A stretch of DNA of 63,700 nucleotides from an uncultured Maritimibacter sp. (GTDB taxonomy: Bacteria; Pseudomonadota; Alphaproteobacteria; Rhodobacterales; Rhodobacteraceae), in contig CAYGRI010000001.1 of NCBI GenBank assembly GCA_964352155.1, positions 1 through 63,700 of the forward strand. Reading direction: 5' to 3'. A program made the position numbers and the translations under genes. Numbering within the stretch: the stretch's first letter is position 1; every line of letters begins with the position of its first letter. The notes beneath the pieces were generated by a model. It saw only the letters and a program-made list of their open reading frames with translations, did no database searches and was not told the origin of the DNA. Positions 57,334 to 63,700 of the stretch are shown here, piece by piece.

Positions 57334-58176
57334 TTGACAGGATCGCCCACCGCGTCGGTACGGGATTTCTACCGCGAGATGCCGTTCAACTATTACTCGG
57401 ACGCCGCGCTGGCAGAACGCAATTTGCGGGCCAATCCCATCGCCGCCTATCCCGACCTCGACGCCCTGCTGGAAGAGGACGAGATCGGCTCTGTGCTGGA
57501 GCTTGGCTGCGGCGCGGGCTGGGCCGCGAATGCCATGGCCTTGCATTATGGCAAGACTGTTGTGGCGGTCGATTTCACCGCCAAGGCCCTGTCGCGCGCT
57601 CGCGAGGTGGCACAGCGCGTCGGCACTCAGCATCGGGTGGGTTTTGTAGAGCAGGATCTGTTCGATTACAGGTCGCAGCGCCGCTTTGATCTGGTGGCCA
57701 GCATCGGGGTCCTGCACCACACCCGCGATTGCCGCGCGGGGTTCGATCACGCCGCCAGCTTTGTCCGTCCCGGCGGGTATCTGTTCGTCGGCTTGTATCA
57801 CCTGCAAGGCCGCCGTCCGTTTCTGGAATACATGCGCGGGCTTGTGGCGACCGAGGGTGAAGACGCCGCCTTTGCCCGGTTCCGCGAGATCTCTGGCGAG
57901 CGGACGGACGAGACGCATCTGCGGTCCTGGTTCCGCGATCAGGTGCTGCATCCGCATGAAACCCAGCATAGTCTGGCAGAAGTCTGGACCTGGCTCGACG
58001 ACGCGGGTCTGACCCTGCGGTCCACCAATCTTAACGACTACGAGGCGCCGGGCGACCGCGCCGGGTTGATCGCGCAGGAAGCCGCTTTCGAGCTGCTGTC
58101 GATCCGTCGCAACCGCGACGAAGGGCGGTATTTCCCGGGCTTCTTCACTGTGCTGGCGCAGTCAGCGGCGGGGTGA
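57334..58176 (+). CDS. Class I SAM-dependent methyltransferase
   Basis: GAGGAG RBS with TTG; VLELGCGAG motif I, SIGVLHHT, PGGYL, WFRDQVLHPHE. Confidence 0.88.
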   Translation: MTGSPTASVRDFYREMPFNYYSDAALAERNLRANPIAAYPDLDALLEEDEIGSVLELGCGAGWAANAMALHYGKTVVAVDFTAKALSRAREVAQRVGTQHRVGFVEQDLFDYRSQRRFDLVASIGVLHHTRDCRAGFDHAASFVRPGGYLFVGLYHLQGRRPFLEYMRGLVATEGEDAAFARFREISGERTDETHLRSWFRDQVLHPHETQHSLAEVWTWLDDAGLTLRSTNLNDYEAPGDRAGLIAQEAAFELLSIRRNRDEGRYFPGFFTVLAQSAAG

Positions 58177-58322
58177 CTCGCGCCGACGGTGATGGGCGCG
58201 GACAGGGGCGGGCCATCCCGATCGCAGGAAAACCGCGTGAACATGGGGTCGCTGCGAAGGCAAGCAATGGGCCGCACGCTGTGTGAGGGGTTGGGCGCGC
58301 CGTGGGGCTGGCCCGGCGGGTG

Positions 58323-59825
58323 TTACACGCCGCCGTCACGGGCGCGGGTCCAGCGGTGCAGCCAGATCGGATAGGGCGTGCTGCCATCGGGTCGCCGCAG
58401 GGCAAGGCGCAGTTCCGCATGGTCGGTGGCGCCCGGGGTCAGCAGAAAGGTCACCCGCGTGCCCCGGTTGCCGGGCAGGGCGAACAGGCTGATGCCAGAG
58501 ATCTCGGCGTCGCCGCTCACGCTGAGATCGGGGGTGAAGCTCGCCGGATCGCCCGCGTAATCCACCACATAGCGCCGGGTGCCGGGGCGGTCATGCTCTC
58601 GCCCGCTGCGGCTTTGCACAATTCTCTGCGCCTCGGCCACCGGTGGCGCGGCCGTCCAGATCAGGCAATAGGCAAAGCGATGCACGCTGCCTGCGGCCAG
58701 GGGCGCGGCGGGGCGCCAGAAGGCAACGATATTGTCCATGAATTCGTCGCCGGTGGGGATTTCCACCAGAGTCACCGCGCCGGGCCCCCAATCTTCCCCC
58801 GGTGTCACGATCACCGAGGGACGGTCGTGATAGCGGGCCTCGGAATCCTGATAATCCTCGAACCGGCGCGGGGTCTGGAACAGGCCGAAGCTGACCGGCG
58901 CGTTGTCTGCAAAGGCAGAGGTCTCGATCCGGGCGGGGTTGGCGATCGGGCGCCACAACAGCTCTCCGGCTCCGTTTTCCATCACCAGCGCATTGCAATC
59001 ATGCACGCGGGGGCGGAAATCGTCGGACACGGCCGCCAGAAGCGGGCCTTTGAGATACATCGAGGTCAGAGGCGCGATGCCGATATCCGCGATCTCGACC
59101 CGGGGAAAGAGCGTGACGGCGATGTCCATCGTGGTTTCGGCGCCGGGATGCAGCGTCAGGTCCAGATGCCCGGTCAGCGAGGGGCTGTCGATCACGCCTT
59201 CAAGGCGGATGCTGTCCCCGTCGGCGGGATAGACGCGCAGCACGATGAAACGCGGGAATTCCTCGGGCCTCGGGCCGCCGGTGCCAAGCGCCACGCTGCG
59301 GGCCGACATGCCATAGACCATCGCCTGCCCGATGGCGCGGAAATAGCTTGCGCCCTGCACGACCATCACCTCGTCCAGCCGGTCCGCCGCGTTCAGGGGA
59401 TGGCGCAGGCGCAGGCCAGAGAATCCGGCACCCGGGGCGGTGTCGGGAATGGTGTCGAAATACCGGGAGCCAAAGCGGAACAGCGAGGGAGAAAACGGCA
59501 CTTCGCGCAGGCCCTCGGCACCGGCGAGCTCTACGCGCACGGGATCGGGGAAGTAGAGGCCCGGGGGCAGCAGGTCGACTGCCCAACCGTCGCCCAGGGG
59601 CAACATCGCGGCGCGTCCCTCTATCGGGCGGATCGCGCGAAAGGCATCGTAGGTCAGCCCGGCAAAGGGCGGCGGCAGGGGGATGGTATTGGGCTTGTAG
59701 GCCTTGTGGGCAAGGGCGCGCGCGGCGGCCAGCAGCGTCTCTGGCGCCGCGCTTTGCGCTGCCAGCCGGGTGCCAGGGGCCAACAGCGCGGCGGCGGTCG
59801 TTGCAAGAAAGCTCCGGCGTCTCAT
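58323..59825 (-). CDS. opgG: OpgG/OpgD family glucan biosynthesis protein, Tat signal, copy 2
   Basis: MRRRSFL twin-arginine leader; QGASYFRA, YGMSAR, EEFP, WRPIANP, EFMDNIVAFW. Confidence 0.9.
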   Translation of the reverse strand: MRRRSFLATTAAALLAPGTRLAAQSAAPETLLAAARALAHKAYKPNTIPLPPPFAGLTYDAFRAIRPIEGRAAMLPLGDGWAVDLLPPGLYFPDPVRVELAGAEGLREVPFSPSLFRFGSRYFDTIPDTAPGAGFSGLRLRHPLNAADRLDEVMVVQGASYFRAIGQAMVYGMSARSVALGTGGPRPEEFPRFIVLRVYPADGDSIRLEGVIDSPSLTGHLDLTLHPGAETTMDIAVTLFPRVEIADIGIAPLTSMYLKGPLLAAVSDDFRPRVHDCNALVMENGAGELLWRPIANPARIETSAFADNAPVSFGLFQTPRRFEDYQDSEARYHDRPSVIVTPGEDWGPGAVTLVEIPTGDEFMDNIVAFWRPAAPLAAGSVHRFAYCLIWTAAPPVAEAQRIVQSRSGREHDRPGTRRYVVDYAGDPASFTPDLSVSGDAEISGISLFALPGNRGTRVTFLLTPGATDHAELRLALRRPDGSTPYPIWLHRWTRARDGGV

Positions 59826-61399
59826 GTCGCGGGCGCGTCCAGGTAGCGGACCAACAGCGGCGCGCCGAGCAGCGGCAGGACAAGCGGTGCCAGCCAGACC
59901 GCCGAAGCCGTTCCCGCGATCAGGGCGAGGCCGGTGATTGCCCCGCCCGCCAGCGCCTCTGCCCCGCCGATGGGCAGGATCGCGCGGCGGGTGCGACCGG
60001 ATTTCCACCCGCAGTCGCGCCCGGCCAGCACAGAGGCGACAGAGCCCGCCTGCCGGACCATCACAAGGGGCGCCAGCAGGGCAGAGACCGCCACCTCTGA
60101 CCAGAACGCGCGCAAAAGGATGCCGCGCCGTCCCGCCGTGCGGGCGCGCCGAAACAGGGCGGTCAGAACGCAGATCTTGGGCAGCAAAAGCAGGCCGAGG
60201 ATGATGGCAAAGGGCAGGGCGCCCGCGACCGTGACCGCGCCAGAGGCGACCATGGCGACCAGCGCCAGCCAGACCGGCGCCGCCAGATAGCTGATGACCC
60301 CTTCGGCCAGGTGGAACCGGCTGATCGGGTGCAGCCCGGGTTCCGCCAGCAGCCGCAGATGCTGCAGATTGCCCTGACACCAGCGGCGGTCGCGGCGGTG
60401 GAAGCCGTCGAGCGTTTGCGGGGCTTGCTCGGCGCTGCCCGCGAGGGCTGGTTCAACCTCCACTGCCCAGCCGGCCCGGCGGATCCAGGCGGCTTCGACG
60501 AAATCATGGCTCAGGATCGGCCCGCCAAAGGGCGGCTTGCCTGACAGGGCCGGCACCTGGGCGTCGCGGAAGGCCGCGATCCGGATCAGGGCGTTGTGGC
60601 CCCAGTAATTGCCCGTCTTGCCGGTCCAGGCCGCGAAACCGCGCACAAAGCCGGGGGCCAGCAGTCGGGCCGCTATGCGCTGGTGCCGCCCGAACCGGCT
60701 GCGGCCCGGCACCAGGGCGATCCCGGCCTGCAGCAATCCGGTGCGCGGGCGGGATTCCAGTTGCCGGATCATCTGCCGGATGCGCGGGGCGCTCATCCGG
60801 CTGTCGGCGTCCAGGACGAGCATGAAGTCGAACCCGTCGCCATGCCCGCGCAGCCAGTCGTCGATATTGCCGGGTTTGCGCCCGATATTGTCCTCACGCC
60901 GCCGGTAGCGGATGGCATCTCGGGCGATTAGCGGGGCCAGCGCCGCCTCTTCCGCCGCGATGGCATCGGAGCCGGAGGTGTCGGACAGGACGAAGATCCG
61001 GGTCGCCGTGCCAAGCCCCGCGCGGTCCAGCGTGTGCCGCAAACCGTCCAGGTGGCGGGCGACCGGGCGGGGGGCTTCGCGGCACAGGGTCAACAGAATC
61101 GCGGTTGAACTGGCGGGCTGCCAGTCGGGCGGGATCGGCGGGGCTTTCGGCTGCGGGTGCAGCAGCCCGATCAGGGCCGTCGCCGCCCCGCCCCCGATCC
61201 AGGCCGCGCTGAGCAGAACCAGCGGCAGCGCGGCGAAGGCCATTGGCGTCCATCGCACGACAGAGCAGGAGAATGCCGCAAGCACCAAAAGCGCGAAGAC
61301 GACCCGCAGCAGCGCGAAGGCCCGGCGCGGATCATAGCGCCAGATGCGCCGGACGGCACCCGTCGTCGTCGCCCGCAAAAGCGTTTCGGCTGAGGACAT
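59822..61399 (-). CDS. opgH: Glucans biosynthesis glucosyltransferase OpgH/MdoH, copy 2
   Basis: RKPGNI, VLDADS, YWGHNA, LSHDFVEAA, RDRRWCQGN. Confidence 0.9.
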   Translation of the reverse strand: MSSAETLLRATTTGAVRRIWRYDPRRAFALLRVVFALLVLAAFSCSVVRWTPMAFAALPLVLLSAAWIGGGAATALIGLLHPQPKAPPIPPDWQPASSTAILLTLCREAPRPVARHLDGLRHTLDRAGLGTATRIFVLSDTSGSDAIAAEEAALAPLIARDAIRYRRREDNIGRKPGNIDDWLRGHGDGFDFMLVLDADSRMSAPRIRQMIRQLESRPRTGLLQAGIALVPGRSRFGRHQRIAARLLAPGFVRGFAAWTGKTGNYWGHNALIRIAAFRDAQVPALSGKPPFGGPILSHDFVEAAWIRRAGWAVEVEPALAGSAEQAPQTLDGFHRRDRRWCQGNLQHLRLLAEPGLHPISRFHLAEGVISYLAAPVWLALVAMVASGAVTVAGALPFAIILGLLLLPKICVLTALFRRARTAGRRGILLRAFWSEVAVSALLAPLVMVRQAGSVASVLAGRDCGWKSGRTRRAILPIGGAEALAGGAITGLALIAGTASAVWLAPLVLPLLGAPLLVRYLDAPAT

Positions 61400-61499
61400 G
61401 GCGGATAAAGCTCTCTTGGATAAGGCTGGCGCTGGCCGGGACGTCGCGTTTCAACCTATCGCAGCCTCCGCCATCGGCAAGACAGGTCATGCCCAAGGT

Positions 61500-62045
61500 T
61501 CATCCGATGGGCGGCCACATGCGCGAAAAAACGCCATCCTTGCGCACAAGTCCATGAAAAAGGGCGGCGCCGATATGCATGGCGATCAGGACCGCAATCG
61601 CCAGGCCGCCGTAGTAATGAAAGCTTTTCGCCGCCGCTGCCAGCGCTTCGGAGCGTGGGACAAGCGTGGGCAGGCCCATCGCATCCAGCGCCTCGATCGG
61701 AAAACCGCCCGCCCGGACGCGGATATACCCGGCGACGGGCATCGCGAACAGCAGCGCATACAGCGCGATATGGGTGGCATGCGCGATCGTGCGTTGCAAA
61801 GGGGACAGGCTATCGGGTACCTCTGGAGGCGGGCGCATCCAGCGGTAAAGCAGCCGCAAAAGGATGAGGAGCAGCAAGAGCACGCCCACATTTTTGTGAA
61901 AGATGAACAGGCTGTTCTGAAGCGACCGGTCAAGCCCCTGTTGAACCATAATCAGGCCCGCCGGGATCATAAGCAGAACCAGGATCGCCATCGTCCAGTG
62001 GAGCAGGCGCGCGGGCGCGCGGTATCGGGAATGAGACGTGAGCAT
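61500..62045 (-). CDS. Cytochrome b561 (CybB-like di-heme membrane cytochrome)
   Basis: RLLHW, FHKNVG, HATHIALY, FHYY, MHIGAALFH...DGVFSRM. Confidence 0.9.
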   Translation of the reverse strand: MLTSHSRYRAPARLLHWTMAILVLLMIPAGLIMVQQGLDRSLQNSLFIFHKNVGVLLLLLILLRLLYRWMRPPPEVPDSLSPLQRTIAHATHIALYALLFAMPVAGYIRVRAGGFPIEALDAMGLPTLVPRSEALAAAAKSFHYYGGLAIAVLIAMHIGAALFHGLVRKDGVFSRMWPPIG

Positions 62046-62102
62046 GTTGTTCCTTTCGTCGGTTAACGCTAGGCGAGGCCAGCGGGCAGGGCAAGCAGGA
62101 GG

Positions 62103-62897
62103 ATGCAGAACTTGACCAAAGTCGGGCTGCGCTATTTCAATCGGATGGCAATTCTCAACCGCGATGTCAGCGATCGCGTCCGGCGCCGGTTCCCGCAGAT
62201 TCACCCCGCGCCGCCGCTGGTCCAGTTCGGTCTGGTCGCGGGGGCGGGCGGGATATGTCTGACAGCGCTCGAAATGGCGCTGTTTTCCGGCGTTCCGATA
62301 CCTGCGATGGCGGCGGCGCTTTCGTTCTATATCTGCGGCGCGGGGCTGGCGGGCTATGCGATGCATCTTTCCTATCCCCATGCGCTGCTGGGTTTTTGCA
62401 ATACGGTCACGCTGTTTCGTCTGGTGCTTGTCAGTGCCCTGGTGGTGCCGCTGGTGGCCGGGTCGGGCCATGTCTGGGCGGTCTTCGGGCTGGCCGCGCT
62501 GGCCCTGTCGCTGGACGGGCTGGACGGCTGGCTGGCGCGGCGCGACGGGCTGGTGTCGCGCTTTGGCGCGGCTTTCGACATGGAGGTCGATTCCGTCTTC
62601 GCCCTGCTTCTGGCGCTGTTGGCCTTTCTTGAGGGCACCGCCGGGCCGCTGGTGCTGATCCTTGGCCTGCCCCGCTATCTGTTTGCCTTGGCGGGCATGA
62701 TGTGTCCCTGGCTCAATGCGGGCGTTCCCGAACGGTTCAGCCGCAAGGTTGTCTGCGTCGTGCAGATCCTGACCCTCATCGCCCTGCAACTGCCGTTCTT
62801 TTCGCCTCTGGTGGCGAATTTCCTGGTGGGGGCGGTGGCGATGGCTCTGGTGTGGTCCTTCGGGCGCGATGTCCAATGGCTGTGGCGGGCGCGGGGG
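62103..62897 (+). CDS. CDP-alcohol phosphatidyltransferase family protein (stop codon at 62898-62900 overlaps next gene; start uncertain)
   Basis: NTVTLFR, LDGLDGWLARR...FGAAFDMEVD signature, RKVVCVVQ. Confidence 0.88.
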
Positions 62898-63700
62898 TGA
62901 GCCGCGTTCCTGTGGGGCAGGCGCTGCGGCTGATCCTTGCGGGGGCGTTGCTGTATCTGCTGCTCGTCCAGCCCAACCACCCGGGGGCGATGACTTGGCA
63001 GGCCTTGCTGGTGTTCCCGCTGGAATGGCCGGCGGTGCTGCTGGGTCTGCTGGCGTTGCGACCCGGTCGAGTCTCGGACCTTGTGCGGCTGGCGCTGGTG
63101 GCGGCGCTGACGGTGATCGTCGTGCTGAAGGTCGCCGATTTCGCGATGTTCACCGCCCTGGCGCGCGGGTTCAATCCGGTGGCCGACTTTCCGCTGATCG
63201 AGGCCTTTGTGCGGCTGCTTGTCGGGGCCATCGGCCAGCCGCTTGCGATCCTGGCGGTCGTGGCCGCCGTTGCCGCGATCTTTGCCGTGGCGGCGGCGCT
63301 GTGGTGGGCGACTGGGGTTTGGACCAAAGCGACTCTTCGCCCGGTGTTCGCCGTCGGAGCAGGGGGCGCGGCGGTTCTGGCCGCAGGCATCGCCACGGCA
63401 GAGATCGGCGAGACGATGGGGCGCTGGAGCTTGCCGGTCTCGCCGCCCGGCGCGGCGTTCACGGCGCGGGTCGGGGTGGAGCGGGTCAATCTGGTGCGCA
63501 ACACCCTTACCGAACTGCGCGCCTTTCGCGCTGCGGCCCTGGCCGATCCCTATGCCGATGCGCGTGGACTGCTGGACCTGATCGACCGCGATGTGCTGAT
63601 CGTCTATGTGGAAAGCTACGGCCGGACGAGCCTCGACACCCCCTATTTCGCGGAGATTCACCGCGAGACCCTGGCGCGCAGCGCGAAAGGCGCGCAGTTC
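62897..63700 (+). CDS. Membrane-anchored sulfatase/LTA-synthase-like protein (3' end truncated; absent from ORF track)
   Basis: GTGA overlap; open frame MSRVPVGQALRLILAGALLYLLLVQPNHP... to ...DVLIVYVESYGRTS at the window end. Confidence 0.7.
   Translation, partial: MSRVPVGQALRLILAGALLYLLLVQPNHPGAMTWQALLVFPLEWPAVLLGLLALRPGRVSDLVRLALVAALTVIVVLKVADFAMFTALARGFNPVADFPLIEAFVRLLVGAIGQPLAILAVVAAVAAIFAVAAALWWATGVWTKATLRPVFAVGAGGAAVLAAGIATAEIGETMGRWSLPVSPPGAAFTARVGVERVNLVRNTLTELRAFRAAALADPYADARGLLDLIDRDVLIVYVESYGRTSLDTPYFAEIHRETLARSAKGAQF

Noticed and set aside
52498-58176. Saxitoxin biosynthesis cluster
   Set aside because: No sxtA, sxtG, sxtB or other core genes; only tailoring-like homologues that occur widely
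1-63700. CRISPR arrays, tRNA/rRNA, IS elements, prophage
   Set aside because: No spaced direct repeats, RNA gene signatures, transposase, integrase or phage structural genes recognised by eye

Overview
GC-rich alphaproteobacterial DNA; gene content suggests Rhodobacteraceae/Roseobacter-type. About 58 CDS; no rRNA, tRNA, CRISPR array, integrase or transposase was seen. Left part (5.4-25.5 kb): an envelope/redox stress block with an ECF sigma plus NrsF anti-sigma pair. It faces a ~10 kb minus-strand run (YHS protein, CoA-transferase, ThDP enzyme, TTC38-like protein, opgC, opgG/D, opgH, exported esterase) and is followed by rhodanese, YeeE, copCD and ynjF-ynjBCD-like genes. The same GTAAC(A/G)-N15/16-CGAA ECF-type promoter precedes the sigma gene, the TTC38-opg operon and the YHS operon. 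Middle part: an IclR/TRAP operon with E1 alpha/beta but no E2/E3, glpK-glpD-glpR, and a GntR/TRAP/DapA-like/ALDH/MttB catabolic cluster. Right part (52.5-58.2 kb): a six-gene cassette with a 58-aa peptide missed by the ORF track, an SxtJ-like microprotein, a NodU/SxtI-type carbamoyltransferase, an SGNH-like protein, a Tic55/PAO-like Rieske oxygenase and a SAM methyltransferase. A second opgH-opgG pair follows. All family calls come from motif recognition by eye; no database searches were run.
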